This document shows positions 21,381 to 33,616 of a DNA stretch of 64,000 nucleotides, one piece after another. Position 1 is the first letter of the stretch. The number at the start of each line of letters is the position of its first letter. The stretch lies in NCBI GenBank assembly GCA_051362555.1, contig CM120648.1, positions 9,048,587-9,112,586 on the forward strand. Direction: 5' to 3'. This DNA comes from Lingula anatina. Its lineage: Eukaryota; Animalia; Brachiopoda. The notes beneath the pieces are model-generated. The model was not told the origin of the DNA, searched no databases, and saw only the letters and a program-made list of their open reading frames with translations. The position numbers and the translations under genes are program-made.

Positions 21381-24300
21381 GCTTTCTCCACTTTCTTCAC
21401 TTTCCCCGCTGCTTTCGTTTTCTTTGTTGTCAGTTTCCTTGATTTCATCCTCCTTTTTCGTACCTTCTTCTTGCTTGTTGTCGCTGTCTGACTTTTCAGT
21501 GGCGGAAATCTCCTCTTTATTCACATCCTCTTCGTCTTCACTTTCCCCACTACTTCCTTCGTCACTAGTGTTAATGATCTTCTGTGTAGGCGACGATACT
21601 TCTTTGCGTTTTGGCGGCTCAGATTTTGCACTGCTGACTTTGGATTCGGCCTCAGCAGCCTCACCAGAGTCTGACTCGTCGTCTTCTGAATCAGAGCTTT
21701 CTTCCCCATCATCGTCTGCAGTCTTTTGCTTTTCAGCTGTTTTCGATGCTGCTGTGGTAGTGCTGGCATCATCCCCTTCTTCGTTGTCATTATTATCTTT
21801 TTCGTCAGCTTTCTCAGTGACGCCAGTGGTTTCTCTGCTTTGGGTGGCCTCTGTCGAAACCGTTTCTTTCTTTTCCGTCTGGTCTGTGGCCTTCACCGTT
21901 TCTTCATTCTTTGCAGTTTTTGACTGATCACTGTCGCTATCTGCATCCTCATCATCATCATCTTCACCTTCCGACGATGACCCACTGTTTTCTTCAGAGT
22001 CACTTTCACTTCCTTTAGTGTCAGCTGTTGTCTTCGTTGATGCACTTGCTTTTCTAGTATTGTCTTTTTCTTTTTCGTCATCGGCTACATCGTCACTTTT
22101 TGGAGCTTTAACTTCGATATCCTTTTCAGTACTAGCTGGTTCTTCCTCCTTTTGGCCAGATTCGTCTGCCTTATTCTGGACAGCTGCAGGTTTAACAACC
22201 ACCGTCGTTTTTTCCTTCTTTCCTTGGACTTTCGTGTTTTCCTTTGCTACTTTTATTTTTGCGTTGGACCCCTTTGTTGGGTTAAGATAGGAAGGAGTCT
22301 TTTTCGAACCCGTCTCCGTTTTGTCGAATGTTTTAGATGGCTTAACTTGAAATGTTGACTCTTTTCTTGGAGCAACTGATGCCTTTGTATCTTCTCTCTT
22401 GACGTATGTCTTGTCACGGTTAGACAAAGATACTTTAGTGCGTTGATTTGTAACTGGGGCAACAGGTTTTCTTTTAGTGTTTGTCGCAGCCAGTGTTTGT
22501 TTCTTTTGCTCAGCCACCTTCTCCCTACGCAATGTGCTCTTAGACTTAGTCGTCTCCTTTTTAGCAAGAATTGACGCTTCTTTGGTTCCAGCTCTTTTTA
22601 GGGGTTCCTTTTGTGTTGATGCAACTGTAACTGAAGCGTTGGTCGCTCCTGGTGCTGCCTTTTCAGCTAAAGCTGCTTCTGTAAAAGTCACCTGTTTCTG
22701 GGTACTTGCATGTTCCTGGTCGTCTGGTTTCTGTCCAGGCTGTGGTTTAACGGGTCCTTCTTTATCATCCTCGTCATCCTCGCTTTCTTCATCATCAGAG
22801 TCCTTCGAATCACTTTCACTCTCCGATTCTTCTTCGTTTGCCTTTTCTGTTGCATCAGTTTTTGCAACGGACTTATCAGCTGTTGCGTCTTTATTTTCTT
22901 CTGATTCCTTCTTAGCTGTATCCTCTGTTTCTTCTTTGGATTCGTTCACCTTATTTTCCTCTAAACCTTCTTTTGCATTTTCTTCTGTTTTTACCTCTGT
23001 GTTCTCGGCATGGTCAGGGATTTTTTCCTTATCATCTTCTACTTTCTGCTCTGTTTTGTTGGTATCTTGCTGACTTGCCTCTGTTTTAACAGCATCAGGA
23101 CTTCCTGTCTCGGTACCAGACGCCGTTCCTTTCACCTCGGCATTCTGCTCAGCACCCAGTGTTATTTCTTCAGGTTTAACTTCTTTTTCTCCTTTGACAT
23201 CTCCCCCATTGTCTGATGACGTAGTTTCCTGTTCAGCACCAGGGGTTGTAACTTCCGCCGCTTCTTCCTCACCTTTCACGTCTGCTTCCTTTTCCTCGAT
23301 AGACTGTTCCTCAGACGAAGTAACTTCTTTATTTTTGATCTCCTCCGTCGTTTCTGTCTTGTTTACAGCACTTTCCTTTACATCGTCAGTGACAGTTGCA
23401 CTTTGTCCTGTAGTCACTTGTTTCGACTTCTCTTTCATGCTTGTAGATGTGGCCGTTTTACCTGGTGCAAGTTTATTTGACGTTGTATTGCGAGACATGG
23501 GTGGTTTTTGGGAAGTTTTTGTGGGCTGTCTGCTCAGATTTGTTTTCGTCGGTGCCCGAGATGATACAGTTGTGTCATTCTTCTTGACTAATGTGTTGTT
23601 TTTGGATACTGATCCCTGGCCCTGGTTTGTATTTTCTTTTTTGAGAGAGGTTGTCGTTTTTGCTTTAGTCGCAGTCGTATCTTCTTTTTTAATTGATGTT
23701 GAAGTTTTGCTGGCAGCTTTAGAATCTTCTTTTTTCAAATCGGTTGACGTTTTGACTTTAGCTGCTGTCGTATCTTCTATTTTCAATGACGTTGAAGTTT
23801 TGCTGACAGCTTTGGAATCTTCTTTTTTCAAAGTGGTTGAAGTTTTTGTTTTTGGCGTTGTGTCTTCCTTTTTCAGCGACGTTGACGTCTTGGTCCCAGC
23901 TTTAATGATTTCTTTTTTTAAACCCGGTGTCGGCAGCGGAGGTTTTGACGATTGCGAAAGCTTGGAGTCTTGTTTTGAGATATCCGTCTTCTGAGTGGTT
24001 GACAGTCCTCGCGTGGGCTGTCTTGTAGCCTGTGGCGGCTTTCCTCTTCCCCTAGGCGCCGACTTTCGGACAACTTGGTTATCTTTCCCAGGTGCTCCCT
24101 GAACAACCACTGACGACTTATCACTCTGCAACATCGTTATGTTAACAGACATTTCCATTTCAGAAGGGGTTTGCTGGGCAGACCTACTTGTCCTGGCGCT
24201 GGATTTCGCTGTTGCGGCACTGGCATGTCTGGCAACGACTTCAGTAGAATTTTGGTGTTCATCGGCCTGTTTTTCATTTCCACCCGTGTTGGTCAAATTG

Positions 24301-27300
24301 GTATCATCTTTGTTTAAGGAGACTGCAGTGACCACAGCTTCACTTGAATTTGCTTTATCATCATCGCCGCTTTCACTTTCATCTTCCTCGTCTTCATCCT
24401 CGTCAGAACCATCATCTTGCTGCACTGGTAATGTGGGAGGTTTATCGTCACCGTCTGCTTTACTAATTGAGGTGTCTTCTGTTTTTCCTGTCTGGTCGTC
24501 TGCCTTACTTATGGAGGTTACATCTTTAACAATGGAGACCTGAGTGACAACTGCATCGCCATCTTTGTGTACCTCTGTGGCCGGTGCGTCTTCATCATCT
24601 TCGTCCTCGTCTTCACTTTCATCATCCGCGCTGGAGGCTGTCTGCTCACGCTGAGGCACTGCTAATAAATCCTTTGTATCTTGAACCACGACGGTAGAAT
24701 CTTCGGTCTTTGTTTCAGTAGGTGTCGCTGCTTTTACTGCGCTTTCTTCCGTTTTGGAGATTGCTGTTTCATCTTTCTTTGTTTCATTGACAATAGGCGT
24801 TGTCACGCTTGTTGCCTTGTCTGTTTCGTCTCTTTTTTCCGTTGTGCTACTCTCTGGTTTTGTTTCGACGACAATGGGTGTTGCTGCTTTGTCCTTATCC
24901 ACAGTTTCTTCTTTGTTAAGGGCACTCTCTGGCTTCGTTTCAGTTGCAGCAGGTGTTGGTGCTTTTTCAGTGGTTTCTTTGTTTCCGCTTGTGTCAGCTT
25001 CTGGCTTGTTTTCGTTTACAACAGGTGTTGCCGCTTGGCCTGTTGTCTGACTGGTCTGGCTTTCCTCTTTATTTTCAACCGACGTGCTCTCTGATTTTAT
25101 ATTGGGCACTGGTGACGTTATTTTGTCATCTTGCTTGGGTTCAGTAGCAACAGGTGTTGCTGTTTTATCCACACTCTGGGTAGTTGTGTTTATCTCCTCA
25201 CTTTTGTCACTTTCCTCTTTTGTTTCAGTTGCAGCAGGTGGGGTTGGTTGACCAGCGCTTTGAGTTTCACTTTTCACTTCTGTTTCGATCACAGCAGGTG
25301 TCGTTGCTTTAGATGGGGTGGCAGTGATTTCATTCTTGTCATTGTTAACACCTGGCTTAATTTCAGCGGCCACTGGTGTTGCTGCTTTGACAGCGGTTTG
25401 ATTTTCTTCCTTTGTTTTATCCTTAGCGCTCTCTGGTTTTGTTTTGGCGGAAGTAGGAGTTGGAGCTTTTGCATTTTTGACTGTATCTTCTTCCTGGTTA
25501 TTTACACTAACTTGGGTGTCAATGGCCCTATCGTCTTGATGGTGTGATTTTTTTACTGCTGCGTCTTCATCATCAGATTCATCTTCATCCTCGCTTTCAC
25601 CGTTACTAGCTGCGGTGGATGCAGTCTGTGCCCGCTGCGGGACAGCAAGTGAAGTATTTGTATTTTGGATTGCGACTGGTGGTGCTTTGGCCACCTCGGT
25701 TTCCTTGGAAGTTTCTGATTTCACTTCGTTGGCAACAGCTTTGACATCACCATCTACTTTCTGCTCCGTAACTTGCCCTTCTGCCTTCGTGTTGCCACTG
25801 TCTTGAGGCTTTGGTTCTTGTTCAGCATTACTGACATCAGCTTTGGTCACGGAAGTCTCCTCCTTGGTGACCTGCACCTGTGAGATGATATTAGCATCAA
25901 GAGGCTTTGTAGTAGGCTCGTCCTCGTCACTTTCTCCGTCGTCTTCTTCTTCCACTTCTTCATACTCACTGGTAGTTGTAGCTGACTTAAGTCTCTTAGC
26001 AGCTGTTTCCTTTTCGTCCTTGGGATCTGCTTTTGTGATGCTAACAGACGGTGGCTGAGCGACAGGTGTGTTCTTCTGATCCGACGCCATGCTTCTAGTA
26101 GACTTTGTTGACGCTGGTTTACTTTCAGTGCCACCAGTCTGGGATTTAGCGGTTGGGCTTTTGCTGGTAGATTTGATGGACATTTGAGAGCCTTGTTTCT
26201 GTGTTGCTGGCGACGGTTGACTGGGGACTTTTATTGACACTTGGGAACCTTGCTTCTGTTTTATTGAAGAAGTTGGACTGGGACCTTTGAGTGAAGCTTT
26301 TGACCCTTGTTTCTGTTTTGCAGACAAAGCTGAACTGGGTACTTTGAGTGAAACTTGTGATCCTTGCTTCTGTTTGGCAGAAGAAGCTGGACTGGGAACT
26401 TTGAGTGAAGCTTGTGATCCTTGCCTCTGTTTTGCAGAGGTAGCAGAACTGGGGACTTTCAAAGAAACATGAGACCCTTGCTTCTGTTTTACTGAAGAGG
26501 TTGGACTAGGTACTTTGAGTGAAACTTGTGACCCCTGCTTCTGTTTGGCAGAAGAAGCTGGACTGGGGACTTTCAGGGAAACCTGTGACCCTTGCTTGTC
26601 TACCCCAGGTGATTTAGCTTCTGATCCCTTGGGTGTAGGTGAAACGCTACCCTGGGGTACCTGCAACGTCAATGATGCTCGAGACGGATTCTTCCTACTA
26701 TCATTAGCTGAAGGTGGTTTTGACGCAGTGGGATCCTTTGGCACTTGAAGTGACGGTGAGGGAGTTGGTGCTTTTGGACTTGCATTATTTGTCTCTTTCG
26801 TTTCTACACTTTTTGGTGGCTCACTTGTCCCTTTTTCACCAGAGTTTTGAGACGAAGATGTCGCACTATCAGATGTTCCCTTTTCTTGCTCTATGGTCAG
26901 CTGAGTCTGTGTGTTTTCAGTATTCGATTTTATCTCATTGTTGCCAGCTGGTTCTTGTAGTGATGTTGTTGTAGGAACCGGGGTGGTTTTCTCTGACTTA
27001 GCTCCTGTTGGGGTTTGATTATTGGGTGAAGGTGATGCAGGTGCTTGAGATGTTTTCTCCCCTGTCGTAGTTTGAATTTTGCTTTCTGGGGCAGGCGATG
27101 GAGACTTTTCTTTATCTGGAGCAGCTGCTTGCAACGATTCTGAAGATACCGCAGTGACAGCTTTCTCAGATTTTGCTGATGAGCTTTTTGGTGTCTGTGA
27201 TGGCACATTCGGAGTGGTATCTACAACGGGGACATGTAATGTTGCTCCACCTGTGGTGGGGCTGGCTCGAGGGACTGGGGAGGAAGGCTTGGAGGAAGGG

Positions 27301-30300
27301 TTGTCTTGGGGAACCAGCAGAGAGCTGGCAGTTGGCGACTTCTGGGGAGAGGGTTCGGCGTCCACTGGCAACTGCAGGGATGCGCTTGTTACTGGTTCAG
27401 TGGGTTTGGCTTGCCCTGCTCCATGGCTTTCTTGTTTGATAATTGTACTCGGTGCTTCATCTGCTGCTTTGTTTTCTTTTGATCCATTCTCCTGTGTTGC
27501 TGGGACATTGTTACCTGAAGCTGCCGCACCAACCGTAGCACTTGTCTCAAGCGGTATTGTGACGGCAGTAAGTGGTTGGGGAGAAGGTTGAATGGCTGAA
27601 TCAGGCTTTTTCTCAGAGACTGGAGGCGAAGCGGCTTTTGATGTCGACGATGACATTAATTTGTCATTTGTTTCTATCTTCACTACTGCTTGGGAAACCG
27701 TGGTTGATGAATTTTCTGATATTGTTGTTACATTTTTGGTTGCTGTTGTAGTTGCAACTGTCGTTGCTGTTGCTGTAACTGGTGCTGATGCTGCTGAAGA
27801 AGTTACTGTTGACGTCGCTGATGACTTTGTTGTTGTAACTGTTGTTGCTATTGTTACTGCTGCTGATGTAGCTGATGATGACGTTGCTGATGATGTCACT
27901 GTTGTAGTTGTTGTTGTAACTGTTGTCGCTGTCACTGCTGCTGAAGCTGATGATGAAGTTTCACTCGATGTAACTGTTGCTGTGGTTGCTGCTGTAACTG
28001 GTGCTGTTGTGGCTGTTGTAACTGCTGCCGTTGCTGTTGTTACAGATGATTTTGATGTATCTACTGTTGTCGCTGTAACTGATGTAGCGGTTGATACTGT
28101 CGCAGTTGTAGATGGATTTGACGTGGCCTGTTTTGTAACTTCTGTAACTGTGGTTGTTGTTGTGGACGCCGTTATACCCGCAGATACGCTGCTCGTGTTT
28201 TTCGTAGCTGCAGATGTTTGCACCTCATTCTTCTCTGTCTTTTCGTCACTCTTTTTTGCCGTGATATCGCTTTTACTTGTTGACGTGGCTATCACTTCCT
28301 TTTTTTCCTCAGATTCTTTTGTGATTGACACTGCAGTTACAATATTTTCCTGTGAAGGCACATCATCTGCGTCTTCATCAGTTTCTTCCTCGTCTTCATC
28401 AGTTTCGTACTCTGATGACCCTTCTTCTTCCTCTTCCTCCTCCTCTTCAGCTTTTGCAGTTTCAATTATTGGTTTCGTTGCTGTGTTGTTGGGAGATGTG
28501 GCCTGCTTTGGAGTATTATTTGGTGCCAACGCAGATGGACCTTGTGGTTTGGGGGTTGCGTTACTAACTGTTGTAGATTGTTTCTGGGCGGCATTGCTCA
28601 CTGTCGTATTCTGTTTCTGTGTTCCAGGTGGGACTTTTTTCAATGTTGAGTTGTTAACGGATAGTGTTGTGCCTTGTTTCTGTGTTCCGATTTTGTTAGA
28701 GACATTTGTTCCTTGTTTATGGGCGACTGATACAGTTGTACCTTGCTTTTGAGCTGCAGATACAGTTGTGCCTTGCTTTTGAGCTGCGGATACAGTTGTG
28801 CCTTGCTTTGGAGCTGCTGATACAATTGTACCTTGCTTTTGAGCAGTGGATACAGTTGTGCCATGCTTTTGGGCGGTGGATACAGTTGTGCCTTGCTTTG
28901 GAGCTGCAGATACAGTTGTACCTTGCTTTTGAGCTATGGATACAGTTGCGCCTTGTTTCTGGGCGTTGGATACAGTTGTCCCTTGTTTTTGGGCAGTGGA
29001 TACAGTTGTGCCTTGTTTTTGGGCGGTGGATAAAGTTGTGCCTTGTTTTTGGGCGGCCGATACAGTTGTGCCTTGTTTTGGAGCGGCACTGTTTGTGGCA
29101 ACTTTTTTTTGACTCGCGTTATTAACAGTAACGGTCGCTGTCTCTTTCTCTTCTTTTTCAGAAGTACCTGTAATAGATACTGCGGTGACAATATTTTCCT
29201 GCGCCTGCCTGTGGTTGTCAGCATTTTCATCTTCGTCCTCGTCATCCGTCTCCTCCTCTGTTTCTTCCTCCTCATCGGTCTCGTATTGGGCACTGGTTGG
29301 CTTTGCGGTGGGTTGGTCGTCTTCGCTTTCTTCACTGTCACTATATAAGCGGTTTCTACCTTGGATCGATTTTTCATCCTCAGTGTCACTAGGTGGCGGC
29401 TTGGACGTTTTGGGTGGCGTGGGTGTTGGAGTGTCGTCATCATCGCTCTCTTCCACTTTGGCAGCCTGTGGCTTACCATTTGTGGCATTTGACTGCACTG
29501 CTTTAGAAGGGGGTGCCTTCGATGCTGTAGCGGGTTTCTGGGCTGACTTTTGAGAATTTGCTGCATTTGTTGCTTGTTGAGTTTTCGTGGCGCCGGGTTT
29601 TGGGGGCGTTTTGACAGCACTGCCTTTGTTGTTTGTGGACGCTTTTGTGTTAGCGTCAGTTCTGGGCGTTATAGTTACTTTTGGCACAGATGGCTCTTCC
29701 TCTTCTTCCTCCTCAGTTGATTCATCTGAAGGCGATGGCTTTCCGTTGGTTGCTGCGTTTCCGTTAGCTTTAGGCGCAGTTTTGGAATTATTATTGTTTT
29801 GTGCATTTTTCTTTGTCGTCCCTTCGTCTTCACTCTCTGTGTCGCTGTAGTTTATCTTACCCGACCGGATAGATCTGTAACATTAAACCCATATAAATAA
29901 GGATATATTGATATAAATAAGAAATAGAAAATTAAAAAAGCTTACTTCACAAACAGAAGTTACTTTCTATGTGCACGTGATTAAGATTTTTTCTGATCAT
30001 TTGGTACAAAGGCCAATATTTCCAAGCATTGGGATGATTTCCGTGGCAATTCCCAAGACCAAACAAATAACATGCGATGTACAATGCAATTTTTTTTTCA
30101 AATTTAATTTGGTTCATGATGAAACATTCCACTGTACCTGGCTTGGCTTGTCACAGAACTTCTATCATCGTCACTAGGTAGGAGAGAGAAGGACACGGAC
30201 TTCTTGAGCCCTGGCCTCTTCCGGCTGCCAGCGCTACTTGCTGTAGATCTGACGTCGTCATCGCTATCATCACTGTAGGCGGGCGCCACGATCTTCTTTC

Positions 30301-31990
30301 CCCAGCCCGCGCGCGTGGCCGCGGGTTTGACGGGCTCGTCGTCACTGTCCGTGTCATCGTCCGCATCAGACGGGGGTGCTTTTTTCTTGAAAAGAAGTTT
30401 ATTGTGATGAGTCATTTTAAAATGATATTATAAAAATGCTATTTTAAATATAAACGATGCTACATTTGCAAGTTCAAGGAAATGGAAAAAAAGAAAGAAA
30501 AGAGAAAGAAGCAGTGAAGCATTTTGAGAGACAGGCTTAAAAAGGGGGGACATTAGAATATGTGAAAAATAACGTAACACAGTAGTTTCTTGGAACTAAA
30601 ACAAACAGTATAAGACACACAATCAAATAGGAGTAATTTAGTTGGACCGCTAGACAATGTGAAAGGGCATGTACTGCCGTTTGCATATCACACCTTAAAA
30701 TCATTCACATGTTGTAAACAGTGCGACTTCATGAAAATATTACAATTTTTACAGACGATGGAATTTACACTAAGGGAATATGTTTTCTTTTTAAAGGACT
30801 TCCGCGCAGTACCATGATTGGTTTTGGTGGCGGCATTTCGTCTTCACTCTCCGTTTCTTCGGTTGCTATGGATGGTGACTTGTTCTTTTTCCAGAGTTGG
30901 TAGGTAGTTTTTGGGGTCGGTTCTCTGCTCTCGTCGGAGTCAGTAGAGGCAAAAGAGGCTGCTTGGGTATACTTAAGCAGTTTTGGAAGAAATTGAGCCT
31001 GAAAAAAAAGAGCATGGACAGTGAATACTTTTTTCCCTGGACCAGTTTCACCAATAAACTGCACAGCATGAACGGAAATAATGACATCGCAATATACCAA
31101 TATTATACCAATATTAAAAAAAATATGAAAGAAAAATCAGAAAAGAAAAATGTATATTCACTAAATAAACTGACTAATACATGCACTTTTAAAAACGCTT
31201 TTGAACTCCAAGCCCTATTGTTGAGAAATTTGATGGGTTGATGACGTCATAATTATATCACATATGTCGAGATGGAGTACCCAGTTATAACTTATTAATT
31301 TCTACCTTTCAAAAGTATCAAGCAACAGAAATATGGATTTTTCCATAAATGGCCAAGTATATGTAGTCTGAAGATATTTAGACCATTAGGCATTTTGTTG
31401 ATTTTAAACCTTGAAGCATAAAACTGTAGTGTAGAGAGATGGAAATGGGAAAATGTATCATTTAGATCTCAATAAACTGTTTTCATTAGCATTATCATTA
31501 TATGAGACATGTATTTTGAGATTCAGAGAATATTGTCTTCAGTATATAACTTTTGATAAGACACAACATTTTGCAAGGCGCTTCTTTAGCTTGTGACATG
31601 AATTATAGCAAGAAATTTGCATTATCCACAATTACGTCTATTCTGTTAAAATGCAGGTCAGTGGAAAAGCTACACTTTGCACAAACACTAACTATAAAAT
31701 CACGTGTTTATATATCATGTGTTATATCATTTACAAAAAATCCCTGAAGAAGGCCTTGTACTGCAATATTTATTGCATGGCATTGAACACAATTTTATGT
31801 AGTGAAAGTTAACATTTAGATATTTTTCCAGCTTTCCATGATCAACTGTGTACGGTTAAAACTGTTAATCACTATATCATACTACTAAGAACCAGGCTGT
31901 AGTCAGTCGTAGTCTACCATTTACCTTTTATCTTTAACAAAGCATCAAAAACATGACAAGTTTTATTTTGACGTATTCATTAAGCGTTAC

Positions 31991-32021
<31 letters not shown>

Positions 32022-32179
32022 CATTATTGTTTTTGGCATTTTCCCGATTATTTTTTTTTTTTCATACTTTTCCAACACTACATAACACCATATTGCCGTG
32101 CGCCAAGGAATAATCTCAGTGACACTCTACTCACCACAACACCCGCCGTCCCAAGATTAAACTTCTTCTTTGGATCCAT
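17648..32179 (-). CDS. Giant intrinsically disordered E/D/K/T/S-rich protein, ~3,802 aa, no recognised globular domain
   Basis: GT-AG exons in continuous phase: 32179-32135 (MDPKKKFNLGTAGVV), 30998-30813, 30385-30138, 29874-19865 (10,010 nt), 19585-19451, 19288-19105, 18816-18718, 18340-18205, 18013-17648. Total 11,409 nt, divisible by 3. The giant exon contains the 3,277-aa ORF. The first exon is the least certain. Confidence 0.8.
23630..23895 (-). repeat. Coding tandem repeat KTSTSLKKEDT-like, ~13-15-aa period, ~6 units
   Basis: KTSTSLKKEDT, KTSTTLKKEDS, KTSTSLKIEDT, KTSTDLKKEDS, KTSTSIKKEDT, KTTTSLKKENT in the giant ORF. Confidence 0.8.
26170..26600 (-). repeat. Coding 57-bp (19-aa) tandem repeat QKQGSQVSLKVPSPASSAK, 7 units plus a partial
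   Basis: Directly visible in both DNA and translation. Confidence 0.9.
28693..29082 (-). repeat. Coding 30-bp (10-aa) tandem repeat QKQGTTVSxA, 13 units
   Basis: Directly visible (plus-strand unit GATACAGTTGTGCCTTGCTTTTGAGCTGC). Confidence 0.92.
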
Positions 32180-32642
32180 ACTTAACCTTATTATCTCAAT
32201 CGATGCAGCTTATTATAAAGCAGAGCCTGAAAGAAGAATATCACTTATGGTTATCCACTCACTAACTCACCTCTCTTTTTGGTCTGTTTCATAAAATGTC
32301 TGTATTTTTTCGACATTTTCTGTCTACAGTGTTTCTGACATTGCAGGGCTCTCGTGGTACAGAATTTTGTTTGGTTGCTATAAACCTCCAGCTTTTCTGC
32401 ACCAGTCGATATTTAACCCATAAAATCGAAGAAAATCGGTTCTACTGAATGCAGCTCCAGCAAGCATTCTTTTGTTTATGCATTTTATGGGACAAGCGAT
32501 CACTAGGCTCATTTATGAATTATTGATATTGTTCAACTCGTAAGAATCAATCAGACATTGTAAAAATGGCGATTGAGTTAAAATGCTGGCGAGTGTATAC
32601 CACATAGCACAGCACATTAAAATGTAAAGAATGAGGGGAATC

Positions 32643-32813
32643 AAGGCCCGTAGCCGGGGGGGGGGGGGGGGGGGATTCGAAAGTACCGCTCTTTTTGTCA
32701 GGAAAAGGTCCATTCTGGGTAAAATTTGATCTAGGTACAGAAAGGTTTTACTGTAAAAAATCCACTTTTTGGGAAAAAGAAACCCCCTTTTGAAATTGCT
32801 AGCTACGGGCCTG
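32643..32813. mobile_element. hAT-like poly-G MITE copy
   Basis: AGGCCCGTAGCCGGGG…GCTACGGGCCTG, colinear with 17195-17368 (AAAAGGTCCA, CTGGGTAAAA-TTGATCTA). Confidence 0.75.
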
Positions 32814-33616
32814 ATATTTGATAATGGATTGTTTTAGATCATAATTGATTCCCCTTACATAAAAAGGCAAAGAGATACACACTGTATCAAGGATCATTGA
32901 TATAATGCCATCATCATTGTCATCACTGAGGTGCCCTTGACACGATGAAGTGTCGTTTCAGCACTTATGTAAGCGGTCTTGCAAAATAAATAAATAAATT
33001 TTTTATTCCGGCATTGAGTTTTTGGACTATGAATATTTAAACCGAGTACCAGAGGGGTGTTATGATAACTGTTGTGTAAAAGCTTTCAAGTAACAGAGAC
33101 ATAACTATGATACAGTAAAAAATGAAATTTCATATAATGATGACAGCTAAGGCTTTACCACACCGCTATTCCAGGTCACATTAAAGCAAAAATAAGTTTA
33201 TACAAAATCTGAAAGGGAGTCGCCAGTCACTAAACGATATTACATACATTGCATGTAACATTAGGGGCAGGAGACAGCCCCTCCGCCGCCCCCCCCCCCT
33301 CCCCAGATTTTTTGTAAAAGGCTAGCTTTTTCTTGCCATGAAATTCAACAGCTGAAATTCAACAATTCCTCCTTCAAGCATTTTAACCCTACGGTCCTGA
33401 ATTTAAATTTGTATATTTTTTTAAAAAAGTATGGCATTCCTTCTTTCGCCACAAATGTCACATTAAAATAGTTGTGTGAGAAAGGTCAATAAATACATAG
33501 ATGAAAAAAGTCCAGAAATAAAATACGTAAGATGTGACTGGTCAGAATAGGCAGTTTTTAAGTTCGAATTTGGAAACATGAGTAGCTTTGCAGGGTAATA
33601 GACATAAAAAATCAGT

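Noticed and set aside
19830-29850. Numerous + strand and alternate-frame ORFs (e.g. 27592-28752, 386 aa; 23194-23994) overlapping the giant exon
   Set aside because: They are antisense or shadow frames of low-complexity coding sequence (poly-V/S/F), with no independent splice or domain evidence.
29846-29861. GTAAGATAAACTACAG as a micro-intron at the start of the giant exon
   Set aside because: At 16 nt it is too short for a spliceosomal intron, and the frame reads through it. It is kept only as a possible alternative donor.
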